Below, one piece after another: positions 51,401 through 62,583 of a DNA stretch of 64,000 nucleotides (position 1 is its first letter; every line of letters begins with the position of its first letter). The position numbers and the translations under genes were made by a program. Source of the DNA: Convolutriloba macropyga (taxonomy: Eukaryota); the NCBI RefSeq assembly GCF_964194025.1, contig NC_134475.1:13330001-13394000 (forward strand). Direction: 5' to 3'. The notes below the pieces were generated by a model that was not told the DNA's origin, did no database searches, and saw only the letters and a list, made by a program, of their open reading frames with translations.

Positions 51401-51700
51401 GATTGTGTATCGGCGATGCGGGGCTGGGATTTCAGCGGTTGTCATGCAAGACCTGTTTTGGAAGGGTTTGTTGTTTGTGCTGAAAATGAGCAATTGCTTC
51501 GTGAGTGTTGGCAGGAAAAGAAACGGGAGGCTGAATCGAAAGTGAGAGAATCGAGGGCTGTCGGTAATTGGAAAAGAATTGTGAGAGCGTTACGAATCAG
51601 TCAGATTATAAAACGCAAATATGAATACTCAAATGAACCGGAATTAACCAGTCGACCTGCTGCTACCTCTAATAGTCTTGATGATTTCGAGGAACTTTGA
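48485..51700 (+). CDS. XPC: DNA damage recognition protein XPC/Rad4, intronless CDS
   Basis: Lys/Glu-rich N-terminus, transglutaminase-like fold (HKAYLMC; FWVEVY..WVCV), BHD1-3 (DVTKRY, HPLYVLERHLLKFE, IPRNHYGNVELF, GWDF); start uncertain (48335, 48485 after TTTTCAG, or 48629). Confidence 0.94.
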   Translation: MRTRSTYNAASNDSKSDTQIGLSVLREISNSCNSIGKDLKRRVNSSGKMPQAKVRKTRSKTGFKDSDEAVETNQNLEVSKSEEKFKATTEIASKIKIENVAEDNETGDKVDRFEENNKTKQIGDLKQSKDDVSQQKKTGKAKRKSSEFVKEEVKVEESENDTETKSKVVKIRNKRAKRGEIESSEEPQSNKSGKNPQTGGRIENIKIKKVEAIERTEDEIQSSERVSRKSKISAAKNIEKSAKLEEKQIKSEYFSDSDYEEKEKVVIKREADVDMLNESSLDSETEYLPKKKKKSEQKVKVKSVSGEINSNSAPRSSKTGAGNKQNYSKDQDNAKNKKTGKAKSKKTKTSAVAGDDSNSDDEWEEIPGVNNKTDLMKKFSQMQSSQQDVTIVIEKDKNEAFMNWVGQIYRKHRKWQQIGVHKAYLMCCCAAGRYRNDICNSPLLQSLLYSLIPSEHLSKSKNSWNVESVKNFDSWFGKKFSFKDNSFGNKQVTIESLAKCIESKQCEFYTEYVMVFVCALRSLGFQCRLVWNLTRLPAVKKLGEMTEHEKKLADKILAEREKAKKIQADKLEDNQVNTGIKIENGVDKKEPLDDSSDLDSTGDSENVAAAPMIQQNNTEDDIRALLMQTENYNPNNLISSDLKLSQETTSSYFNENIVKVGKKGAKGLKKSSNAKGDKGKIAKQKNEKDYSSHSDSEAEEIQDSGVNFWVEVYLKKEAHWVCVSPVDKIYNKSYVIEKQAWKPVSYVFAFDNYNRMKDVTKRYALRWGSVNQKTRVEWIGKAEGKSWYESFCQIFAPLDKNFEAKEDVQIRDQMAHMPIPGTVAELKDHPLYVLERHLLKFEVLHPKTAPVLGYVRSEPVFSRKCVNICHTEQTWMKEGMSVKKGEEAVKFVKPLISKFKLRKLEREGQEVEMVGLYGGWQVELYKAPPVIDGRIPRNHYGNVELFKMHMLPPGSVFLDLPGLDKVAKELDVDCVSAMRGWDFSGCHARPVLEGFVVCAENEQLLRECWQEKKREAESKVRESRAVGNWKRIVRALRISQIIKRKYEYSNEPELTSRPAATSNSLDDFEEL

Positions 51701-52298
51701 ATTATTTTATTTTCTTTTTTATGATTGATGAGGAACTTCGAATTATTTTGATTTCTATTTCATAGCTGAGCTCATTTTAGTCACAATGTTTTATTCAGAT
51801 TGAGTGCAATAACATTTTTGAGTTGAACTAATTCAGTTTTCAATAGTTACTTTCACTACAAGTCTGTGTTCAGGCCGACAGCGGAGGGGTATTAACTCGG
51901 GGCATGACTATTGTCTAAGTTAAGGGCAATCAAGCGATCAAGAAAAAGCAAATTGTTCAATGTGCGATTTTAAAGTTTGGGAATTGAGCACACCTGACAA
52001 GAAGAAACTGAATTGCCGTTTTTCACAATAAGTTTTGTCTTAGAGGTAAATACAGATCGCATTACAAGTTAGAACTTCCTGTATCAAGTATTCCTGTACA
52101 GGTATTCAAACCAAAGGTTACTTTGAAATTTCGGGGTGTAATTAAACAATTGGTGTCATATTGGTAGTAAAAAAAACGATCCGCTGTTTACACTCAGCAT
52201 TTGCATTATGATATTTACCAGCATTCAAGTACTTCTGGCAAATCTTTGTTTTTGCTAAGATAAAATAAATTTTTTGATCCAATTACAGGTATGTAAAT

Positions 52299-52676
52299 AT
52301 GATACAGTCGTTTCTGAGAAACTCTAGCCGGCATGGCAAGTCAATTGTTTTGCGAAAACCCACAATTTCATACAATGCCAAACGAACAGTTGTCAACCCA
52401 ATGTTGGGTCCAATCATCAACTTCAGCGGTAGAATTTTAGCAGCTGTAACTGGTCGCTTTGTGAGACGGAAACTGAAATCTCTACCAGAACATGAGCAGC
52501 AGAAATACAAACGGAGTTTGTGGAGGGCCTTCGGAATCATTGTGGGTGTTTCGGGGACATTTATGGCTTTCTCAGCTTTGAGGAGTAGAGATAGGGTTTT
52601 GTTCACAGGAAGAAAGCGTCACCTGTCTGTATCTGATAGCCAAATGCAACAAGTTGCACAATTAGCCGAAAAAGAG
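52299..52676 (+). CDS. OMA1: Mitochondrial metalloendopeptidase OMA1 exon 1 (presequence-like N-terminus, TM, FTGRKR)
   Basis: Basic N-terminus without acidic residues, hydrophobic segment, TGR motif; a phase-0 join to exon 2 needs the GAG|GCACGT donor. Confidence 0.8.
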
Positions 52677-54921
52677 GCACGTTGAATTTTTTTTTTCATT
52701 GCTGACCAACATACTTATTGCTCAAAATTTCATCAAATTTTGCTGAAAATGTGTTAAATTTTTTAACCATAGTGTAAAGGGTTTTAAGACCTAAGATAGT
52801 AGGGCTGTTGAATTGTTTGATCTGACTTTTTGGCTAATTTTTTTTTCTAAATTTATACAAGGTGGCTCGGTAATGTGCGCTCGCATATAATGTTGCGACC
52901 TCGCTCATCCACATTTTTGACCTTTTGCCTACCAAATGAAGAGATATATGTTTGATTAAAAACGATTGATACAAACTAAAAAACTAAATGAATCAATTAA
53001 TACCTAGACGCATTATAGCGCCCATGAGATCTACCATTAATAAAACTGCAAGAGACAACAAACGACAAAATAAACAAAAACAAAATTATTAATTGTTGTT
53101 TTACTGTTACACAATATTTTTCGAACAATAACAAAAAAAATAAGGTAGACTTTGAAAAGTAGATTTGAGAGAACGTTGCTTATAGATAACCGCCTGTAGC
53201 CATTTTTCTTTCATTTGGCTCATTTTTTTCCGTGCTGTTCGTTTTTTTAAATATTCTTGATTGACGTTTCATCATTTTATAACTCTCTAGAGTTGACATT
53301 ATGGTATTGCTGAGGGCCTAAAAATGTGTTTCAGCTGCAAAATCGGCTCATTTCTCATTTTTTTTTAGTTGACTGTTCCCTTCGTTAATTTTTTTGAACG
53401 TATTTGACGGGAACTTTTGTAATCAGTGTACATGGTCAACTCCATTTGATAGTTCATGCTACGAATACCTCTGTTTTCGACGTGAGGTGTTTTTGTTTTC
53501 AAAGAATTATACACTTACTAATCCGATTTGGGCCGTTTTGTCCAATGTTTTGCGCCCGCCTCCCTTGAACAAAATAAAGTGGAAAAAAGCTTAAAACAAG
53601 ATCCAAAGTTGGGCTCAAGGTCATTAAGTACAGTTAAAGGGCAGCTGAAGGTCACTCAAGGTCAAAATATAACGTAAAGATGGTGGTTATTAGTTTTTTT
53701 TTTTGAAAAAGAAAGCGTCAAAGGGAAAAAATGAAAAGTTTTTTTGTTTTTTTTTACTTGATTTAATAGAAAAATGCTTTCTGTTCATCGTCAGGGAGTC
53801 TAGTTTTGTGCTTTTGATAATTCAGTGCTTTGTGTGTTACTTGTTTTAATTTTCAATTACATTTTGTTTCTTGCTATTTTAACAATTTTTGACGTTTTTG
53901 GCAACATAAGTTTTGAACCATTGATTTCTGTTATCATTGTTTTATTTATACTTGCCTCATTTTTAAAGTGATTTTTCCTTGCTTCAATTCAATCAGCTAA
54001 AATCAACTGAATGCGAGTCACTCTAATTGAAGGTAATATAATAGCAGCTATTATAAGCATCTCTAAGTTTTACATATTTGTAATCAAAATGTGATATCTG
54101 AGTAATTAATGGAAGGAAAGTTTTTTATCGGTCTGTTTTCATCTTTTTGAGATTTCAGATCTTTGGAGCTATCGCTGCTATTTTTTGCTATCTGCCAGCT
54201 ATTTTGTTTTTTGGAATCAATTACAATTGCAGAAAAGCTTACGTACTATGCAAATAAATGTCAGGAACTTCTTTACTATAGAATGATATTTTTAATAGAG
54301 TGGTTAGTTCACTTTGAATTAGTCGAGAGTTTTCTACTAGTGTGTCGCACTTTGTGAAAAAAAAATGTTCATACAATTAGTTTTCAATGCTATACACGCG
54401 GATGAAGATCCGTGTGTTTTTTTCGGTTTTTCATACGATTTCATCCGTGAAAACCGTTTTGGCTAGTTTGTTCATTTTGTCTCCTGGAACAGTTCAAATT
54501 CTTGTTAAGTTAAGTTCAGATTGCAATTTTTCGAAAGATTTGACCTAAATGTGTTAATACTGCCAATTTTAACCCTTGTAATTTTTTTTTCAAAAATTTT
54601 CAAGACTTCTGTTCTTGCTGTTAGAAACGTATCTTAATATTATTTTCATAACCTTTTAGTAAAAAACAATTTTTCGCATTTTGTGACATGTTTCGGCACT
54701 TGTGGACGTTTGACCCTTTCTGATTGATCGATTTTTTTCAACATAGAAACCCTGGAAGATTTTTTCATGGTTGCTTGTAACAGTTCTACCATTTGGCCAT
54801 TATGATATCAACGCGTTAGGAGCAACAGATTTTTGCTTTAGAATTTACCAAAACTTTCAAATGCAAAAGTTTTAATTTACCTTTGTTCTGGATCCTGATT
54901 TAAGATATTTTGTTGGTTTAG

Positions 54922-54975
54922 GTGCTTGAAAAGAGTAATGGACACATTTTTCCCACCAACTCTTCAATTCACAAG
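54922..54975 (+). CDS. OMA1: OMA1 exon 2
   Basis: VLEKSNGHIFPTNSSIHK; TTTAG acceptor, AAG|GTCAGA donor, phase 0/0. Confidence 0.72.
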
Positions 54976-55391
54976 GTCAGATTTGATGAATATTCACCAG
55001 CTACCACTTTATAAGAGAATGCTTCGAGCAGATATTGCTTTTTGTGCCAAAAAATCTACTCTTGGAATTGTTTGAAACTGTTAATCATCACCTGGATCGA
55101 AAACCTACCAGTGTTATGTCAAGTTGATATTCCAAAATGAACGAAATTTCAATGTGTTAACCAATTAAATCATGTGTGAGTGCACTGGAAATGGTATTTA
55201 TAGCCAGCCTATTAAGAGGTGGGGACTATCGTATTCTGCAGTAGCTTAGTGCTGGGCATATAAGTTTAAACTTTGCGCCCTCGGTGCATATGATATATCA
55301 GCATAAAATTTGTAAGGGGGACAGAGAGGATGAGGGCTAGAAAATGTGTTATTGGTTTGATTGCGTTAATTTATTGCCATTTGTCTTTTAG

Positions 55392-55511
55392 CTGATAGAG
55401 ACGACTGCTGCTAAAATATTGCGTGCCAATCGTGACCTGGAGTCAGTGCAGAATATCAACTGGCAACTGACTGTCGTCCACTCCAAAGAGCCCAACGCAT
55501 TTGTGCTTCCT
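55392..55511 (+). CDS. OMA1: OMA1 exon 3
   Basis: KILRANRD..INWQLTVVHSKEPNAFVLP (peptidase M48 motif); TTTTAG / GTGAGT. Confidence 0.92.
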
Positions 55512-57092
55512 GTGAGTACTAACGCATTGAAACTCATATTTCATGATCAAACTAATTTCTAATTGGCAAACGTGGCAGCATATATTTTCAACGATATTCA
55601 AAAAAATTTTTGTAAAAACTTCGGAGGAAATTAGAGAAAATAACTGATGAAAGATTCCTTCCTCGCCAATAGCGAACAATGTGTGAAATTTGATCATACC
55701 TATACCGAGGATATGTGGGCTGATCTTTATAATGACTGCAGGCAATGATGCGATTTTCTGCACAAACAATTAAGAAATTGAGGATGCAAAAATAGTCGAA
55801 GAAAGTCGCTCTTAAACTAAAGAAGTATTTTGATGAATTGAGTATTTTGATTATATTGAGAGAATATCAGTAAACCCCCTTTTAACGGAAAAGTATCTCT
55901 TAAGGGAGATGGTGTTGATGTTGGAAGTAACAATATAAAAGAATAGAATCTACAGCTGTGAAATATATAGGCTTCAAGAGAGCTTTCACGACAAATCCGA
56001 TATAAAAAAAATCGTGATTGGGCTATCAGAATTTCGGCGAATACCGCCCTATACGGACGTCTCAAGCTTTTAGAAGGTCAACTGGACATATCAATATAAA
56101 TGAATATAAAGAACTGGAGTTATCAAATGACGTCATTGGTTTCATTTGAAAATTGGTTTCATTTGAAAAGAAAGGGTGACATAGACAACTGAATGTTTGT
56201 GGAGTGGAAATCAGTGAAAGCATATCTGTAAAAATATGTTGGTATTCATCTTGATAAAAAGGTTAACACCTGACTTCCACCTTGTTGAGTTACTTCGTAA
56301 AGCCAGTAGCTGTACTTCAGATGTGATGAAACTAAGGATAATTGTTACTAAAGAAAATCTATTGTTTTCTTTCAACTTATATGAAAAAATTCTTAATACA
56401 ATACGGCATACTAATGTACGACACTACAACTACGATAAGTTGAAGCCATTTCTGCTTTCTCAGAAAAAAAATACTGAAGTCGATCTGCGTCCCGAAAAAC
56501 AGCGCTTTCAAAGTAATTGTTTTAGCAAAACAAAGTTTTGACCATAGAAAAACTCGATTGAGTTGAGCTTCTAAAGTTTTATTTTCAATTGTTACGAGAA
56601 TGGTTGACGATGATGGGTTGAACAAAATATAGAATTTAATTGAAGAAATTGGGAGAATATTGTGCTGCTGAAATTTACAGCTGTTGCTATGCGATTTGTT
56701 CGTGGATAATGAATTTTGTGTCAAACCAATAAAAGATATGGTCTCAAAAGAAGTGAATTTTTTTCATAAGTTTCAGAGGAATGGTGAAACGTTTTTTTCT
56801 TGTGTCGAGGCTAGCACGAACCCTCTAGTTTTAATAGTGTTTTAATCGTTTGATGTCATAGAAATGAGTATCGATTTTCTTTTGAAGAGAATACAAGCAG
56901 CTCTATTGGGTATCCCGCTTTTTCGATCTTCTCATTTAACCCCTCTATTATTTCACCTCGTTTTTATTTTATATAATGAGAACTATTAAATTGGCAATCT
57001 AATCATTTGGCCATGTCTGGCGGGCCATGAGTCAGCGATCCGTGGGACTTGATATGAAGCTATAACAAACTAATATGGGATTAAGTTATCCA

Positions 57093-58175
57093 TCCATATC
57101 CAATGACATATCAATTTACTTAGAGTCGCTCTGTACATTCCTCCAGCAACGAGACCTGGAGGGATCTCTAGGAAAATGCTCAACGACTCTTTTCTCGCCA
57201 TGGAACAAAGACTTCAAACAGAAACCATCAATCAAGATCAACACAACACTTGAATTAAATAAAAATCCAACGATCCTCGGCGTAACCTTCGACAATGAAT
57301 TAAACTGGGGCGCGCTTATCTCTGCTGCCAGCAACTAAGCACGGAATCGTGCTAACATACTCAAAGGACTGAGCGGAACTATCTGGGGACAGCAGAAAGA
57401 GACAATCGTGAACAGCTATAAAGCTTTTGTCAGGCCAGTCCTAGAATATGCATGCCCTGTATGGAATCCAGTTGCTGCGAATACTCACATCGAGGAATTG
57501 CAAAGGGTCCAAAACATCGCCCCACGAGTCGCCACTGGCTTCGTAAATATGACAGCAATCCGACACCTACATGATGAATGTCAGGTCCTGCCAGTCCGCA
57601 GGCATACTCCAATGCGATGCGTACAGCAACAACTCGTGAACCACATCCCCAGACATCCAGGAAACCGACTTCTAAAGCAAGTCCCACTCCCACGCAACAT
57701 GAAACAAACATTAAAGAGCCGTTACGAACGATACATAGAGGCCCTTCGCGAACCAGACTCAGATGACGAAATATCATCGAAAACCCGCTATTAGGAGATG
57801 CTAAAACAAATCCATACAAATGAAGTCAAGGACTACCTTGACGAACGCGAAACAAACAAAGTGCTTGATGAAAAACCACCTGAGATAAGTACCAAAGATA
57901 CCCTGCTCCCTAGACGCACCAGACGTACTCTTGCGCAACTGCGAAGTGGCTACTCACCCTATCTCAGCTCGTACGCAAAACGAATTGGCACAGTCAACTA
58001 CGACTGCTGCCCAAATTGTAATATCGAACCCCATAAAACACATCTCTTTAACTGTAAGTAAAAAGAAGTCAACTCTGACACCACTATCCCTCTGTGAAGC
58101 CCCAATCGAAGCTGCGAACTTCCTCGAAATAACCGACTCCAAAGAGGACACTCTCTGACCGAAGGCAACAACAAC
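57093..58175 (+). mobile_element. 5'-truncated non-LTR retrotransposon (RT C-terminus + Cys motif) in OMA1 intron 3
   Basis: LGVTFD, YKAFVRPVLEYACPVW, TLAQLRSG..CPNC..HLFNC; (CAA)n tail; 13-bp TSD ATTAAGTTATCCA at 57080-57092 and 58176-58188; in-frame stops. Confidence 0.92.
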
Positions 58176-58346
58176 ATTAAGTTATCCACTCAATTATGAC
58201 AAAACATGCCTTTAGTGTGGACTGCAAATTGGCGTGATGAAATGATATAGGGTTTAAATGATGGAGGTGTTAAATGGTATGGGGTTAAATGAATCGGGTA
58301 TGAATTAATTAGCTAGTGAATATGTTGTGTGTATCTGTTTCAGTAG

Positions 58347-58457
58347 AATGGACATATCTTTGTCTTCTCTGGCATGGTCAATGAGTTCGTGCAGAATGAA
58401 CATCAACTTGCATTCATCCTCGCACACGAAATAGCTCACGTCCTTCTAAAACACTCG
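58347..58457 (+). CDS. OMA1: OMA1 exon 4 (HEXXH zinc site)
   Basis: NGHIFVFSGM..QLAFILAHEIAHVLLKHS; distal TAG of a CAGTAG acceptor; GTAAGT donor. Confidence 0.94.
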
Positions 58458-58902
58458 GTAAGTCTATTCTACCATAGCCAGATTAGAACTTAATTAATAT
58501 CGGTTACCTCGTGTCACCTACCACGCCATAGCTGGAGAAAGGTTGCCATACTTAACTAATATCACCAATACTACTTACATAAAATTGTTTAAAATGAGAC
58601 TAAAAGACCACTTGAGAAAGACAAATCCAAATCCCACTTTACCCGCCGAAGACAGTCTGTTACGCAGCTACGAGAACAGCAACCTAAATAATTATGTCAG
58701 CGCATATGTGAAGATCGAAAATTGCTATTACTGTGAATGAAGTTGACTGGCATTCATTTCCGTTGATTACCTATTTATATTTTAGCTTATCATAAATCAG
58801 TGATGACTTTGCAGCATTTTTCCAAGACAGGGCTGGGTCGTTTTGAGCTAGAAAATTAATCATAAAAAGCACCATTTTATAGATAGAATGCTCTTCATTT
58901 TT

Positions 58903-61533
58903 ATAGCTGCGAAGCTGTAAGCTGAGCGTAGCTATATTGCGGTGCTCTTGGTTTTTTACGACTCGAAGAGGAGTATTGGTTTTCTCTCGGTTTTTTTTTT
59001 TTTTACAGGAAGTAGATTTGTTCACGCGGCATTTTGACCTAAAAGCGAAAGTGAGAAAAGCTGTCTTGGTGAACAAATTTTCGCTAAGCGAGAGAAGTTT
59101 TTTGATCATGCGCTGCGTTTAGTGAATGACTTTTTGACTTTGAAAAGTAGTTTTTGACTGAATGGCATATATAGATAACCGTTTTTAGCCGTTTTTTCGT
59201 CTAAGTGGCCAATTTTTTTTGCTTGTAAATTGGTTTTTTGTAGAAATAATTTTTTTTCGATACTATATTGAAATGCCAACATCGGAGATTGATGCCACAG
59301 TGTTTTGCAGAGCCTGAATATGGGTTTCAATTTGAAAATTGGCACATATTTTTTGATTTTTTAGTTAATTTTTGACTTTTTTCTATTAATTTCTTCATTC
59401 TTAGATCTTTTAACCGTCTTTTTGTCAAAAATCAGTTCATTTGGCAACTTCCCTTTGATAATTCATATACTTAACGCCTCTCTCTACCTCGGTGTATTTT
59501 TGTTTTATAAAATTGTACATATGCTAATCCGATTTTGGTAGTTTTTTCCCGATTTTTGTCAGTTTTTTGTTTGTATTTTGATTGTAATTACTAGAAATAG
59601 TCTTTTTGTGCTACATGAGGGACCTTAATTGCGTTTCAATAAAAATTCAATCATTTTTTGGAGTTCAGTTTTTGAAAAACAGTTGAAGCTTTTTCGTAAA
59701 TGCAGTCTTAAAAGTTTTTTGATAATTTTTTTTTGCAAATTGTTTCAATGTTTTATATTTTTGAGTTCTGCTTTTTCCTATTTTTTTGTTCTCTTCAGGA
59801 GGATAGATTTTTGTATCGGATGACTAGTTATCTTTTCTAGGTCTCGAATGTTGAGCAGTGAACTGTATTTGTTTTTCTTGATTTTTTAATTTGATTTTTA
59901 ACTTTTTAAAAAACAAGAATGCCTTTTTGTTACGGTGTTCCTTACATTGTGCCCATATTCTTAAAATTCTAGTTAGTATCGTTCTAGCTTTGTCCTGGTA
60001 CCTATTTTTATTTTTGGTATATTGATTTTTTCAGCTTCCATTTTTCATGAAAGCAGTATTAAAAGTTTTTTGACCTTTTTCTGTAAAATATTTAATGTTT
60101 CGTATGTTTGATATGTGGTTTTTCTTATTTTTTTGTTCACTTCAGGAGGATAGATCTTTATATTGGACGACTAGTTATCTTTTCTATGTCTCTAATGCTG
60201 AACAATGAAATGTATTCGTTTTTCTTGAATTTTGTTTTTTATTTTTGACTTTCAAAAATCAAGAATGTGTTTTTATTACGGTGTTCTTCATATTGTGTAC
60301 ATGTTCTTATCATTCTAGTTAGTATCATTTTAGTTTTGTCCTGGCAGCTTTTTATGGCACATTTATTTTTGGTTGTTTTAGTTGTTAAAAAATTGAATGA
60401 TTTCAGCATTTTCTTAGATTTTCGTCATTTCTTTGTTTGCAATTGATTTCATTCAACACAAGGCAGTACTGAGAGTTTGCTAGCCAGCTTTTTCCAAAAG
60501 CTCTACTTAATACTATCTACTGCAACTTCCTTCCGGCCTTATTGTTAATTTAAACGATTTTTTGCCTTTGAACATTTTTCTGCTGCTTGTCTTTTCTATG
60601 ATTTTAATTTTTGAATTAGTTTTAAATCATGTTGTCTAGCATATGCAGAACAAGGGAGAAGTATGTGCCGTTTTTTGTTTTAATTGCAGTGATTAGAACT
60701 GTAATTATAGTGGTTTTCTGATTCTTAAATTTGAGTATTCTTTTTTTTTAAAAAAAAAGATTTAACTTAGTTTCTAAGATTGTTATCTGCCGTTTGCTTT
60801 TCTGATCTTTTTGAGATCAGAATCATGAATTATTTGAGGGCAATTGATAGCCCTTTCAGCTGTTTTAGGCCATCTGTTTTTTGACCTGCTTATCTATTTC
60901 GGATTTTTTAACGTTATCAGACATTTTCAACAATATAAAGTTTTGCTGCATTTTTTTCTTGGTGACAGTGGTTTAAGTTTCACCAATTTTTAGATCAGAC
61001 CAGGGGAGGTAATGAGTTAATGGTTGAATTCAAATGGTAATTGCTTCAGCTGCAATTAGGGTTTTGTTTGTGAGGTTTTGCGGCTTCGAGTCGCTTCCGG
61101 AATTCTTCCGGCTATGTTTTTTTGTTTCGTCGTCTGACGCTTTATTTTCGTTTTACATTTGTTCTAGAACATTCTGTCTCGTCACTGCTTAAATGGCTTT
61201 TTCGCGCTTGATTTCACGCTTTCTGCGTGACCTAAATTGCGGTTATTCAGAAACAGAATCTGTTCCTAAAACAAAGTTGATTGTAAGAAAACAGATTGTA
61301 TGGTCCGACAGCCGAGTGGTTAAGGCGACTGGCTGTTAATCCGGAGATCGCCGGTTCGAGACGCGACAGGGAAACTTTTTTTTGCACCCAAAAACAACCT
61401 CCTTTGAAATAAACTTGTAAGTTTTATAGGCGGTGGCAATAACTATTATCAACTCACTTCTGTATCTTTTTCCATCTGTATTTTACGGCACGCAAGTCTA
61501 TTTCGCAGCTATTCCGGCAATCTGCCGGCTATG
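58903..61533 (+). mobile_element. HINE subfamily A' hosting a family B element (58957-61116) and a tRNA-like sequence
   Basis: subTIR ATAGCTGCGAA / TTCGCAGCTAT + hairpin CCGGCA-ATC-TGCCGG + CTATGTT; inner B is homologous to 28852-30649. Confidence 0.8.
61302..61373 (+). pseudogene. tRNA-like sequence (GTT loop, Asn-like), probably a pseudogene or SINE head
   Basis: A box AGCCGAGTGG, loop CTGTTAA, B box GGTTCGAGAC, T8 run directly after; acceptor, anticodon and T stems pair poorly. Confidence 0.6.
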
Positions 61534-61691
61534 TTTGCTATTGCAAGAATATTTGGTCATCTTTTTGCATTTTTTCTCTAGTTTCTATTTTCGTTTTTTT
61601 TAAGTAATTAAAAGTTTAGAAAATGGGATAATTAGTTGTTTTGAAATGTGAGAAGTTGTTGTGTATCTTTCATTTGACGAGCGTGTTTTAG

Positions 61692-61817
61692 GCAGAGAAG
61701 AGTAGCAAGTTGGACTGGAGTATCAGCTTCAATTTCTTCTCCACTCTTCTCTTGTTTGCTGGCTTTGGAGACTTGACTGCCTTCCTGTTCAGTAGTATCA
61801 CGTCCTACTTGTACAAA
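61692..61817 (+). CDS. OMA1: OMA1 exon 5 (hydrophobic segment after HEXXH); gene continues beyond the window
   Basis: AEKSS..FFSTLLLFAGFGDLTAFLFS; TTTTAG / GTGAGT, phase 0/0. Confidence 0.85.
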
Positions 61818-62444
61818 GTGAGTTTAACAAATCCAAATTAACCTTAAATTCTAATTAACCAGTTAAAGTGTAACATATGTATTAACCACATTTGAGGGCA
61901 TCTGTCAATTAACTGTTCAGTTGCTCGAAGATATAAGAAATTATTGTTGTCTTGTTTGTCTTTTTAATGCAAATTTTTGGGTTTTTCAGCGGTTGGATTT
62001 TTGCGAGGAACCTCTTCTAGCTTGACTTCTTTTTTGAGTGATCTCAATTGCTCCCATTCATAACATTAAGCAACGCAACGCAAGTAGTAATTGTTTACTA
62101 TTAAAGTTAAATGAAATGTACTTAGGAATTTGCTCCCTTTTTTCTGTTTCAATCCCAGTAATATTTTGTGTTTACTCTAATAACATCTTTTGAAGCCCTT
62201 TATTAAACTTATTGCCTGACTCCCCAGTTATAGAGCCCCTACTTGTCGATTGATAATATTTCTTCCGAAGTTTTTGGGTCCGAATTCAAACGATGTTCAT
62301 TTTTGCAATATCGTGATTGGTTTGTTATACTGTGGTTATTAAAATTGTTTAATTGTGACCTAATCTTTACGTTGGCCAAAAGGACATGCAGAAGGGTAGA
62401 AAAGTTATCACTTTCGCAAATTTAGATTGATCATTTAATTTATT

Positions 62445-62583
62445 AATAGCCGCGCAGCGATAGCTGGGGCTATTATTGGCCTTCTCTTGGTTTTTACGAC
62501 TCGAAGAGGAATATTGGTTTTCTTAAAGTTTTTTTTACCGGAAGTACCATTCGTTCGGACAGGGTTTTGACCTAAAAGCCATG
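62445..62583 (+). mobile_element. 5' ends of another A[B nest, interrupted by a putative LTR element
   Basis: AATAGCCGCGCAGCGATAGCTGGGGCTATT...CTCTTGGTTTTT|ACGACTCGAAGAGG; similarity to B stops after GACCTAAAAGC. Confidence 0.75.

Noticed and set aside
55800-56900. Possible decayed DDE transposase on the - strand (LNSIEFF-like and KFQQHN fragments)
   Set aside because: Fragments are too short and in different frames, and no TIRs were found; would need a translated profile search
61302-61373. Functional tRNA-Asn gene
   Set aside because: Acceptor, anticodon and T stems do not pair adequately; kept only as tRNA-like
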